Notes under the pieces: generated by a model
What the model was told of the DNA's origin: nothing
What the model saw: the letters and a program-made list of their open reading frames with translations, nothing else
The model's database searches: none
NCBI GenBank assembly: GCA_025340205.1
Contig: CP006868.1
Coordinates: 570,001 to 602,000 of the forward strand
Length of the DNA stretch: 32,000 nt
Direction: 5' to 3'
Origin: Ignicoccus pacificus DSM 13166
Lineage (GTDB): Archaea; Thermoproteota; Thermoprotei_A; Sulfolobales; Ignicoccaceae
Made by a program: the position numbers and the translations under genes
Part shown: piece by piece, positions 1 to 8,418 of the stretch
Layout of the letters: each line of letters opens with the position of its first letter
Position numbering within the stretch: position 1 is the stretch's first letter

Positions 1-1
1 G

Positions 2-1492
2 ATAAAGCGCATAGGCATAGTCTTACAAGAAGCTGCTGAGAAGAGTGGTAACGCCTTTGAGTGGATAAATACAGACCCGCTACGCGACTTTCAAACCTTA
101 AGCTTGTACTTGAACGTTTATGACATAAAAGCTCTTAGAAGCGGGTTCGAGAATCCTTACTTACTTATTACATCGTCGACGAACAATTACATAGCACAAA
201 ACGTCTTGAATGCTGAACTTTGGGCCTATGATGTTACTCGAACCCATGATCTCAATTATAACGAAGATAGAAACAAATTAGAAGAAGCTCTTAAAAGAGG
301 AAGAGCCTCGATATTATATCATCATGCTGACTTGAAGAAAGACATAAGAAGTTACTTAGAATCCGAAATCAAGAAGAAACCACCTCTAGTCCTTCTCGCA
401 ACCTCTACGCTGGAAGTAGGAGTAGATTTACCGAACATACCCTTTGTAGTACAAGGAGGCATTGATTACGTCGAGACCGCTGACTTCTTGCAAAGAGTAG
501 GAAGAAGCGGTCGTGCCGGAGAAACTTTCTTCATTTCCTTAGCAACTATCGTACTTAAAAACAGAGGCGTTGACAGTACGATCAGAAATGATGAAGAGTT
601 AATAGAATATGCCGTAAACTTGAGACTGGGGCTGACCGCTTCCCCGCTAAGCGATCCTATAATAACTACCAAGCAAACGATTAGCCTAATCTACAATTTC
701 AATAAGAATAAATATCCAGATATAATGGACATCATAAGGGATCGTGATGTCATAGGCTTTGTTAAAAGCGCCGCTATTGCTTACTCGGAATATCCGAAGG
801 AATTTATACCCAATGTAACTAGAAACTTAAGAGTGTGGTTAATATACTATGCTACAGTGAAAGATGCTCTAGAAGGAGCTACACATACAAATAAGATTTC
901 CGAGATAGGGTGTGATGAAGTAAATGAAAAAGAGATAATCAGCTTGCTATTAGCTAAGCTTTACTCGCCCCATATAACCATGGAACTTAAATCGCTCCTT
1001 CGCGAGCTCCTAAACACGCTCGAAATACCCACCAATCATAAGGAAGGTACAAAGTTCCTACTCATGATCAGTTCCTTCTTGGACCTAATTGATAAAAACG
1101 ATAAACTAACTGAACAAGAGCTAGAATTACTCGCTAAGGTGTTACGTTATCTCGCCCCAAGAGCATTACCTATCTTACCCACTTACCTACTAGACTATAT
1201 AATGAATAAGACCCTAAAAATTATAATAAGTAACGTAGATAAGGATAATAGAGAACTAATTAACTTAATGATCTGTATCTTGTATTGTGTTATAAAGAAC
1301 ATAAAGAGGGTGAGTGTTAAAGTAAGCAAAAGCTTTGAAGTGGATAGTTTGATAGATAGAGTGTTAAGAGATAACTTCTTTGGGTTATTCGAAGAATATG
1401 GGGCCCCAACGAATTCCAACAGCTGTGACGGACAGAGCTGCGATCCCAACTCTTTCCTCATGGCAAGTAGACCTCTGAGATATGAGAGGTGA
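2..1492 (+). CDS. Superfamily-2 helicase, C-terminal part (5' end outside window); DrmA-like candidate
   Basis: The frame is open from window base 2, with no stop before the listed start at 104, so the gene is truncated by the window edge. RecA2 motifs are LLATSTLEVGVDLP (motif V-like) and LQRVGRSGRAGE (motif VI QRxGRxGR, nt 488-523). About 320 aa of unrecognised AT-rich C-terminal extension follow. Stop TGA 1490-1492 directly abuts ATG 1493 of the next gene. Confidence 0.75.
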   Translation: MKRIGIVLQEAAEKSGNAFEWINTDPLRDFQTLSLYLNVYDIKALRSGFENPYLLITSSTNNYIAQNVLNAELWAYDVTRTHDLNYNEDRNKLEEALKRGRASILYHHADLKKDIRSYLESEIKKKPPLVLLATSTLEVGVDLPNIPFVVQGGIDYVETADFLQRVGRSGRAGETFFISLATIVLKNRGVDSTIRNDEELIEYAVNLRLGLTASPLSDPIITTKQTISLIYNFNKNKYPDIMDIIRDRDVIGFVKSAAIAYSEYPKEFIPNVTRNLRVWLIYYATVKDALEGATHTNKISEIGCDEVNEKEIISLLLAKLYSPHITMELKSLLRELLNTLEIPTNHKEGTKFLLMISSFLDLIDKNDKLTEQELELLAKVLRYLAPRALPILPTYLLDYIMNKTLKIIISNVDKDNRELINLMICILYCVIKNIKRVSVKVSKSFEVDSLIDRVLRDNFFGLFEEYGAPTNSNSCDGQSCDPNSFLMASRPLRYER

Positions 1493-3697
1493 ATGGAGAT
1501 GGTAAAGTTTCCCATGTTTTACTTAGTAAGAAATGGTTCTATAAAAGCCTTGACGTACTGTTCGAAGATTTGTGTACACAAAGGTACAATATCCATATTA
1601 TTATATGGAAATCCACTAAGGTATAACGCCAAAAATTGCATATTCGAAGCCATTGAGTACTCATTGCCAGAGGTAAACCACGCGGTTGAAAGCGACAACG
1701 ACTTAGCATCGCTTTGCAAGAACACTACGTGTATGAGCTACACTAATGATGAGAACTGCAAAAAAGCGTTAACTACCATATACTTACTGGATGAGGACTT
1801 CTATCAAGATCATAATAATAGTAATGTAATCGTAGTGTCCAAGTTGTGTGATACATCGAACAAGTTAGCATACGTTTACGCTCAAGCACAAGATGAATTT
1901 GATAAGAGACGTTACTCTCTTACGCTCCTCCTCCACGGATCCCCTTTTGAGAAACCCCAGAAGATCTCGAAGATCTTACTTAAGGGCAGTGTACCCCAAT
2001 ACATCACCTTACGTGTGTTTAATGTAGTTGAACCCAAGAACTTGAGCTTCCTCGATTATATACCATACCAACTTGTCTTTACAGGCTTTGGAGTTTATGA
2101 GAAAGTCGAAGAAGGTAACTTTTTCAAAATCGTAAAGACTAGAGGATTTACCAGTAGAACGTTGCTAGCCTCTACCATAGTACTAGACGAGAAGCCGAAG
2201 AGGAGACAAATCCCTACACCTCTTCCGACCAACGTAAGCGGTAGCTTAGTGGAGAGGGGGTCTTCCAAAGGTTTGATAAGGTTAAGTACCGGACTTGATT
2301 CTCCCACGGTCTTCATAGGAAACTCCTTAGCAATAGGTCTAATCTTCGAAAATTTGGATGACTTATATAAGTCCTTAAAGGACTCGTTTAGAACTTTTGT
2401 CGAAGACTCTCTTGGTGCACTCCATGATTTGTTGGAAGATGATGAAGAGAATTTCCACGTGAGAATGAGAAGCTTGAGGGAACGACTACGACATGACGTC
2501 GCAACGTTTGACATGAGGTACTTCTTGAAATCCTTAGTACATTACCTAATGGGTAGCATTTCTCTAGGGAATGGAAATCTATGGAATGTAGCATGGTATG
2601 AAAGATACTTTAACATGGAATTAGATGATGTAAAAGCAATTCTGAGTTCGTTTTTAAGAAAAGTAGGATATGGTGAGGTTGATATCCAGAACATGAGACT
2701 AGGGTCAATAATATTGAAGATGAATTTTGACATAAAGATAAAGAAATCAAAATCGCACGGCAAACTCTTCGAAATATTAAAGTTCTATGATTTACTAAAC
2801 GGTTACTTTCAAATGAAGAAGAACAAAATCCGTTTGGATGAATGGGAAAGAGCTGCCTTAAGGAAAGTTTTGTTATTGATATCCGTGGCTCTTGTAAGCA
2901 AAGGTATCAAACCAGGTGCCAAGCTTGATGAGACTTTAATGTCACATACAAAAGATGTTCTCAAAGAGCTTTTACGGGAATCCCTAACAATAGCTGAACG
3001 TCTTAGTGCAGCCACTATAGAAATGGGGCTCCATGCTCTCTCGCACGCCCTTATGTCGTTTTTAATAGAAAAAACCGGATATAGTGACGTAACTGAGATA
3101 GTAATCGTAGAGGGTCCTTGGAGCAAAAGCTTTGCTACTCTCCTCGACGGCTTCTTCCTAAGGGTGCCAGGGGATTACGTCAAGGGAGCTATCTTTGCCA
3201 TATCATACACTTCAGGAAGCGGAGAACTGTTTGAGAGATTTAGGATAAAATTGGATGAGTTTATGTCTTACGTTAACTCGATTCTTTATCTCAATGGTCT
3301 TGATAGATGCTATGAATATTGGTTCCAAAGGAGAACTGCCTTAAAGAGGGCCTCTGCTATTAGGGGATATGGAGTCAATGAGGCAAAATATTCCAGTATA
3401 CCGATAGTGAGGTCCCTTATGCCCTACAATTTGAGAAGCGTCGATGAAGTTATAAGTTATCTCTCAATTGATACAGAAAACGCGAAAGAACTAATTTCAA
3501 TTGTGTATGGCAAATCTAAGAGAGCTGACAAGCAATACTTACTAGAGCTCAGTACCCCTGATTGCTTTGACGGTTGTGAGGCTTGCATAGGGATGCACGG
3601 GAGCTGCGCGGTTTCCTCTCCTCTACCGAAGATGTGGACATATAGCAAGAAAGCTCTCGAAATATTGCTTAAAGATGTAATTACACATAACGGTTAG
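1493..3697 (+). CDS. DUF1998/MZB-like zinc-binding domain protein (DrmB-like), large unknown N-terminal region
   Basis: 734-aa ORF coupled to the helicase stop. The C-terminal part carries the elements I associate with DUF1998: GLHALSHAL (H514, H518 by my count), AISYTSGSGELFERF, and a four-Cys cluster CFDGCEACIGMHGSC (C691, C695, C698, C705). The first ~500 aa are unrecognised. Confidence 0.6.
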   Translation: MEMVKFPMFYLVRNGSIKALTYCSKICVHKGTISILLYGNPLRYNAKNCIFEAIEYSLPEVNHAVESDNDLASLCKNTTCMSYTNDENCKKALTTIYLLDEDFYQDHNNSNVIVVSKLCDTSNKLAYVYAQAQDEFDKRRYSLTLLLHGSPFEKPQKISKILLKGSVPQYITLRVFNVVEPKNLSFLDYIPYQLVFTGFGVYEKVEEGNFFKIVKTRGFTSRTLLASTIVLDEKPKRRQIPTPLPTNVSGSLVERGSSKGLIRLSTGLDSPTVFIGNSLAIGLIFENLDDLYKSLKDSFRTFVEDSLGALHDLLEDDEENFHVRMRSLRERLRHDVATFDMRYFLKSLVHYLMGSISLGNGNLWNVAWYERYFNMELDDVKAILSSFLRKVGYGEVDIQNMRLGSIILKMNFDIKIKKSKSHGKLFEILKFYDLLNGYFQMKKNKIRLDEWERAALRKVLLLISVALVSKGIKPGAKLDETLMSHTKDVLKELLRESLTIAERLSAATIEMGLHALSHALMSFLIEKTGYSDVTEIVIVEGPWSKSFATLLDGFFLRVPGDYVKGAIFAISYTSGSGELFERFRIKLDEFMSYVNSILYLNGLDRCYEYWFQRRTALKRASAIRGYGVNEAKYSSIPIVRSLMPYNLRSVDEVISYLSIDTENAKELISIVYGKSKRADKQYLLELSTPDCFDGCEACIGMHGSCAVSSPLPKMWTYSKKALEILLKDVITHNG

Positions 3698-4395
3698 AAG
3701 ACCTTGAATAGGATCAATAGCAAGGTAGAGTAAAGCATAAATCTACTCATCTCTTTCCACCCAAACCTCTTCAATTCCTTTGGATTAACTTTAACGTTAT
3801 TTAATACATTTCTAACGAACTTTATCGTTGGTTCAATAAAAGCGATTAAGGAACAGGGTTTAAATATGAATACTGGGAGGGAAAGTCCCCATACCGCTAA
3901 GGCCGTTCTGGGATCCACCTTCCTCCACGGTAGCTTGCTCTCTATGTAAGCAGCAGTAGCACTCACATAGATCGCCAAAGCGTACCAGAATACTAGCTGA
4001 GTCAAAGTAACTTTGGGAGATAAGTAAATGATTATGAAAGAGGTAAGGGTAGGGATGGAAGAGCCTAGGATGTAGGCGTGAGGGTTGTCCCTGGACTTAA
4101 AGAGGTACAAATAGAGGAAAATTATTATTGCTGGTATTACCAATACTACCAAATTAACCTTTACGAATAATGGTAATACCAAATAGGGGATTATGTTCAA
4201 AGCTAAATAAGGAGCCGCCTCCTTAGGCGATATCTTGAGCCTTCGAAACGTCTCATCAAAGGTACTCAAGTGTATTAAGAGGAGTGTCATCGCTACGGGA
4301 ATTAGGTAGAGGGGTAAAGGAGTTAATATCAACATGTACAAGAAGGATACTATCATGAATCCGGCAGCGCTGGGCTCTTGGGGTAGAATTCTCAC
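3694..4395 (-). CDS. Multi-pass membrane protein, family unknown
   Basis: 233-aa ORF with about 7 hydrophobic helices, for example FMIVSFLYMLILTPLPLYLIPVAMTLLLI and VVLVIPAIIIFLYLYLF. GTG start at 4393-4395. Its stop overlaps the stop of the DUF1998 gene (TTAG at 3694-3697). Confidence 0.6.
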   Translation of the reverse strand: MRILPQEPSAAGFMIVSFLYMLILTPLPLYLIPVAMTLLLIHLSTFDETFRRLKISPKEAAPYLALNIIPYLVLPLFVKVNLVVLVIPAIIIFLYLYLFKSRDNPHAYILGSSIPTLTSFIIIYLSPKVTLTQLVFWYALAIYVSATAAYIESKLPWRKVDPRTALAVWGLSLPVFIFKPCSLIAFIEPTIKFVRNVLNNVKVNPKELKRFGWKEMSRFMLYSTLLLILFKVF

Positions 4396-4545
4396 CTCTT
4401 CTTCCCCCTTCCCCCGAGGGGGAGGGATTATTGGTGTGTCGAGTACACTTGAAGGAGCGTTGGATCCGAGGTAGTTAATTTCTCTAAGCGATAACCCTTC
4501 TCTATTAGGAATAGCATAAACCAGAAGGTGACCTCGAATTCGGCT

Positions 4546-4556
4546 ATCTTAAATTC
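4546..4556 (+). promoter_or_regulatory. TATA-like box upstream of the 1158-aa surface protein gene
   Basis: atcttaaattc lies about 30-40 nt upstream of TTG 4586. An SD-like GGTGA sits at 4577-4581, 4 nt before the start. Confidence 0.3.
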
Positions 4557-4585
4557 CATCTATCGCGTCGTAGCTGGGTGAGTGA

Positions 4586-7500
4586 TTGAGGACGCTGTTA
4601 CTGGCGCTCCTCTTAGCCTCTTTAACATTCGCCCAGAGCTACCTAATGATCGTCCACAACCCAAATTCCCAGACCTTAACGAACTTCCAAGTTAGAGCGA
4701 AGCTCCCTGCAGATCTTCAAGGGAAAGCCCTTACCATCAAGGACATGAATGGCAATCCAGTTCCCTTCTGCTACGAAACGGCAACTGGAGAGTGCACCAC
4801 CGATCCAACTCAAGGAGATGGCTACGTATGGGTGAAGGTTCCTTCGATTCCGGCAAATGGAGATGCTAAGTTAGTTGTGGAAGTTGGAAGCAATGGAGCG
4901 GTAAAGGGAGATCGAGTGTTTGAGTTCTACGACGACTTCAACAATCCTTCCTCCTTGAATCAATGGGAAGTAATCGAAGGGAAGGCAAAAATAGAGAACG
5001 GGGCTCTCGTCTTAACGGATGCAGGTCCTTATCAAGAGTTGCACCTGCAAGGCTTCAGCTTCTACAATGGAGTAATCGAGGTTAGGTGGAAGTGGGAGAA
5101 AGGGTGTGACTGCAACTATGGCGGAATGTACGTCCTAGCAAGAGTTCAGAGCGATGGCTCCGCTTATGCCGCCGCCACGGGAAGTTATGCCAACGAGTTC
5201 GTCATAGCCTACGACGACGACGGAAATAGAGATTCTTGGACCAATTTGGAAACCTATGGCTCCCACAACGACCTCGTAGAAGACAATTGGTACTACGTCT
5301 ACTTCGCGCTAGACGGTGAGAACCTAAAGGCGTGCCTCTACGAGAGCTACATAAGCGGGAAGATAACTTGCTTAAGCGCTACGGACGATCACATAACCAC
5401 CTCCGGCAAGATAGGGCTCGGAGGTTGGCAGATAGAGTACTTCGACTGGATCCGCGTTAGAAAATATGCTCCCATCGAACCAACGGTAACCTTCCAAGCC
5501 TACGGAGGCTATCAAGCCCCCTCAACCGTTACCGGAATGAGCCAAGTGTGGAGCTACGATATAGGCTCAAGCGTGGAGGCCCTGGCCTTCTCGGATAATG
5601 GAAATCTCGGGGCCGCTTCCGTGGACCGCTGCGCTTACGTCTTCGACCAGAGCGGTAACCTCCTGAACAAGGTCTGCGGAGACGACTGGATGAACGACAT
5701 CTCCTATGCCAACGGGAAGTTCCTGGCGGACAACTACGACAACTACCTCTACATAATGAGCGAGCGAGGCACTTTGATCAAGAAGCTCGAAGTAGGGGAG
5801 AGCTACGATGACGGAGTTACCGCCTTCTCCCAAGGATTTATCGTCTGCGACGACTACTGCGCCTACTACAACTGGAACTACGAGAAGATCTGGGATACCT
5901 CGGTGGGAAGCAACACCCATACCAGCGGTCCCGCGATAGCTAAGGGCTACGTTTACGCTCTAGCGGTGGACAGCGGCAAAGTGAAGATAATCTCCCTCTC
6001 CAGCGGGAGCGTGGAGGGAAGCGTTACCTTAGATGGAGATGCCTACGACGTCGCCGCTTGCGGGAACTACTTGGCTGCTGCAAGCCAAGACAAGCTCTAC
6101 TTGTACTCCTTGGACGATCCAACTAGTCCTACCTTGCTCTGGACGAAGGACATTAGCCTAGGGGATGCTGACTACCGCTCCTTGGCCTTCTCGCCCAACT
6201 GCAAGTTCCTGGCCTTGGCTGACACAAACAACGATCAAGTAGATATATTCAACGCGAAGACGGGAGCTATCGTTTACACAAAGGACTTCGACAGGCCCAC
6301 AGCCGTCGCTTGGTGGAAGGACGAGCTAGCCGTAGCGCAGAAGGACGGCTCGATCTACGTCTTCAGGCTAGAAGGATTCAAGGGCCCCGCCTATTCTCCT
6401 ACACCCAGCTCTTCTACGATCACCGGCCTAACTCTACTATGGAGGCACGGGTTCAGCGGAACGGCTGATGCTGTAGCGATAGCTGACAACGGAAACGTAG
6501 GAGTTGCCAATTACGACAACTGCGCCTACGTGCTGAGCAAGACCGGCTCCGTGCTAGGCAAGTACTGCGGAGGGGATGACGTGGACGACGCCTCTTACTG
6601 TTGCGGCAAGTTCGGCTTCGCTGACATAGACGACTACGACTACTTCTTAGACGTGACCGGCAACTACCTAAAGGCGATACATGTAGGAGATGACTACGAC
6701 TTCGCCATAACAATGCTTCCCAACGGCTTCATAGCTTGCGACGATTACTGCGGCTACTTCACCTACTCCGGAAGCCAGATCTGGAGCACGGAGCTTGACG
6801 GAGAGGCTAGGAACGGCCCAGCGGTCTACAAGAGCTACGTCTACGTTCCGGACTACGGAGAAGACGAGGTAGAGATACTTAGCTTGAGCGACGGAAGCGT
6901 TCTCAACAAGATGAGCTTTAGCAGCGCGGTCCACGACGTTGGAGTCTGTGGGAAGTACTTGGCCGTGGTTACCAGCAACAAGCTGTACCTCTACAAGCTA
7001 ACCGATCCGACCGACCCTACCTACTTGTGGAGCGTTGGAAACATTTACATAAACGACGAGTACAGCCAGAACTTGGCCTTCTCTCCAGATTGTAGGTACG
7101 TAGCGGTAGCGGATACCGGAAACAGGGCCTTGAAGATTTACGATATCCAAGGGAACTTAGTCTTGAAGAGGAGCTTCCCTGACCCGGTGAGAGGGGTGGA
7201 TTGGAGAAAGGACTGGATAGCGGTGAGCTCGGGATACTACGTGTACCTCTTCAAGGTGGAAGGGTACAAGCCCCAAGGGGCTCCGGTGACCAAGGCACAG
7301 ATGACTACAGTTACGAACACGGTCACGGTGACCAAGACGATTACAACTACTGTGACACAGACCGTGACCAAGGAGGTTACGTCGACCGTTACCCTTATGA
7401 TAGGGGGAGAGAACGTAAAGGTACAAGTAAGCGGCGATCTCCTCCAACCTTACATAAAGCTCACGAAGTTGTACGATACTATCTCGAAGAGTACTGGTTA

Positions 7501-8062
7501 CAAGGCTACACTACTAAAGGCCCCCTTCCAGAGGCAGATAGCCTACATTTCAGCATTATCCAACTTCGCCAGCTTAGCAAAGAGGCTCTACTTGCTGCTA
7601 GGAGAGGCTAAAGATAACATAAACAAGGCAGAACAACTGTTACAAAAACAGCCAACCTTCAAGAATGCCTTCGAATTCATGAACTTAGTACAAAAGGCTA
7701 TAGTTAACTTGAACCTAGCAAACGATGTATTGAAGAGGCTCGAAGCACAAGTAAATACCTTGAAGGCATCAATGCCGTCAATAGACTGTACGACCCTAAA
7801 GACCGAATTGGGAGATCCAATAGAGCTAACCTACAAGGTACTGAACGCTACTACGATGCTGGAACTTATACAGATAAGAAAGGAGTTAGAGAAGTATGGA
7901 GGAATAGATGCCTTGGCAAAGTGCGTAATAAAAGAAACTATACAAGAAACGATAGCGCTTTGGAACCAAAAGAAAGTTGAGTTGATGAACGAGATAGCGA
8001 AGCTTAAGGCGCAAGCGGAGGAGCTGAACCAGTACGTAAAGTACCTAAGCGTGGGAGGTTAA
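4586..8062 (+). CDS. Large secreted cell-surface protein: signal peptide, DUF2341/LamG-like N-domain, two tandem beta-propeller-like modules, Thr/Val linker, C-terminal coiled coil
   Basis: TTG start. Signal peptide MRTLLLALLLASLTFA|QS. The N-terminal segment (NFQVRAKLP...DMNGNPVPFCYE...GYVWVKVPSIPANGDAKLVVEVG) resembles DUF2341 and is followed by a concanavalin/LamG-like stretch. Two ~295-aa repeats are present. The TTVTNTVTVTKTITTTVTQTVTKEVTSTVT linker is followed by about 220 aa of heptad-like, lower-GC sequence with no TM segment. Confidence 0.85.
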   Translation: MRTLLLALLLASLTFAQSYLMIVHNPNSQTLTNFQVRAKLPADLQGKALTIKDMNGNPVPFCYETATGECTTDPTQGDGYVWVKVPSIPANGDAKLVVEVGSNGAVKGDRVFEFYDDFNNPSSLNQWEVIEGKAKIENGALVLTDAGPYQELHLQGFSFYNGVIEVRWKWEKGCDCNYGGMYVLARVQSDGSAYAAATGSYANEFVIAYDDDGNRDSWTNLETYGSHNDLVEDNWYYVYFALDGENLKACLYESYISGKITCLSATDDHITTSGKIGLGGWQIEYFDWIRVRKYAPIEPTVTFQAYGGYQAPSTVTGMSQVWSYDIGSSVEALAFSDNGNLGAASVDRCAYVFDQSGNLLNKVCGDDWMNDISYANGKFLADNYDNYLYIMSERGTLIKKLEVGESYDDGVTAFSQGFIVCDDYCAYYNWNYEKIWDTSVGSNTHTSGPAIAKGYVYALAVDSGKVKIISLSSGSVEGSVTLDGDAYDVAACGNYLAAASQDKLYLYSLDDPTSPTLLWTKDISLGDADYRSLAFSPNCKFLALADTNNDQVDIFNAKTGAIVYTKDFDRPTAVAWWKDELAVAQKDGSIYVFRLEGFKGPAYSPTPSSSTITGLTLLWRHGFSGTADAVAIADNGNVGVANYDNCAYVLSKTGSVLGKYCGGDDVDDASYCCGKFGFADIDDYDYFLDVTGNYLKAIHVGDDYDFAITMLPNGFIACDDYCGYFTYSGSQIWSTELDGEARNGPAVYKSYVYVPDYGEDEVEILSLSDGSVLNKMSFSSAVHDVGVCGKYLAVVTSNKLYLYKLTDPTDPTYLWSVGNIYINDEYSQNLAFSPDCRYVAVADTGNRALKIYDIQGNLVLKRSFPDPVRGVDWRKDWIAVSSGYYVYLFKVEGYKPQGAPVTKAQMTTVTNTVTVTKTITTTVTQTVTKEVTSTVTLMIGGENVKVQVSGDLLQPYIKLTKLYDTISKSTGYKATLLKAPFQRQIAYISALSNFASLAKRLYLLLGEAKDNINKAEQLLQKQPTFKNAFEFMNLVQKAIVNLNLANDVLKRLEAQVNTLKASMPSIDCTTLKTELGDPIELTYKVLNATTMLELIQIRKELEKYGGIDALAKCVIKETIQETIALWNQKKVELMNEIAKLKAQAEELNQYVKYLSVGG
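5522..7285 (+). repeat. In-frame tandem duplication of a ~295-codon module (copy 1 5522-6406, copy 2 6407-7285)
   Basis: The protein copies align along their whole length. STVTGMSQVWSYDIGSSVEALAFSDNGNLGAASVDRCAYVFDQSGNLL matches SSTITGLTLLWRHGFSGTADAVAIADNGNVGVANYDNCAYVLSKTGSVL. LAFSPNCKFLALADTNNDQVDIFN matches LAFSPDCRYVAVADTGNRALKIYD. IYVFRLEGFKGP matches VYLFKVEGYKPQ. Confidence 0.9.
7304..7393 (+). repeat. Thr/Val-rich low-complexity linker (likely O-glycosylated stalk)
   Basis: Imperfect ACN-GTN codon periodicity encodes TTVTNTVTVTKTITTTVTQTVTKEVTSTVT. Confidence 0.7.
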
Positions 8063-8326
8063 CCTCTCATATTCTTGATATAGATCCCACCACGAAACCT
8101 TGAACTTCCTGGCGAACTCCACCAAGTCCTCGAAGGTCAGGATCTCATACAGTTCCTTTTCGTCTCTTACTCTAAGTTCCCTCATCATTTCCTTTATCTG
8201 TTCGTCGTTGAACCTTACGAACAAGGCCCTCTTCAACTCTTCCTTTTTCCTTTCCATTTCTATCATCTTGTCCAAACCGAGCATGTGAAGTAACCGTTCC
8301 CCCACTTGGGGGATATGGAGCATCAT
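8045..8326 (-). CDS. Small charged hypothetical protein
   Basis: 93-aa ORF (K/E-rich, helical-looking) convergent with the surface protein gene, with 18 nt of 3' overlap. No family recognised and the true start may be an internal Met. Confidence 0.4.
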   Translation of the reverse strand: MMLHIPQVGERLLHMLGLDKMIEMERKKEELKRALFVRFNDEQIKEMMRELRVRDEKELYEILTFEDLVEFARKFKVSWWDLYQEYERLTSHA

Positions 8327-8418
8327 ATGACTAACCCAAGGGTTCAGACGAATTCGTCCCTCATATGTAGGGGCCCTAGCATTTTACCCTCTGGGAGCCC
8401 TCATCCTAGGAGTCCTCT

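Larger units (their letters stand above)
1..4400. other. AT-rich compositional island (possible horizontally acquired segment)
   Basis: Hand counts of sampled 60-nt lines give about 23-45% GC for most lines here (nt 1201-1260 about 23%, 1801-1860 about 30%, 2701-2760 about 27%). Sampled lines after nt 4586 give about 43-68% (5101-5160 about 53%, 20701-20760 about 68%). Encoded proteins are N/K/I/Y-rich. These are rough by-eye counts, not a computed profile, and the boundary is approximate. Confidence 0.45.

Noticed and set aside
466-3648. Antisense ORFs of 63-139 aa inside the helicase and DUF1998 genes (for example 466-672, 1195-1515, 2095-2514, 2809-3126)
   Set aside because: They are Ser/Leu/Phe-rich shadow frames of AT-rich coding sequence, fully nested in longer ORFs that carry recognisable motifs.
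3877-3890. gagggaaagtcccc, resembling the RNase P RNA CR-I motif GAGGAAAGUCC
   Set aside because: It has an extra G, lies in the middle of an uninterrupted membrane-protein ORF, and no other RNase P conserved regions are visible nearby.
5567-7611. Several 86-136-aa ORFs antisense to or out of frame with the 1158-aa surface protein gene (5567-5920, 6453-6713, 6668-6934, 7157-7447, 7201-7611)
   Set aside because: They lie wholly inside a long ORF with clear domain structure. Their translations are Arg/Ser/His/Val low-complexity, typical of shadow frames in GC-richer coding DNA.
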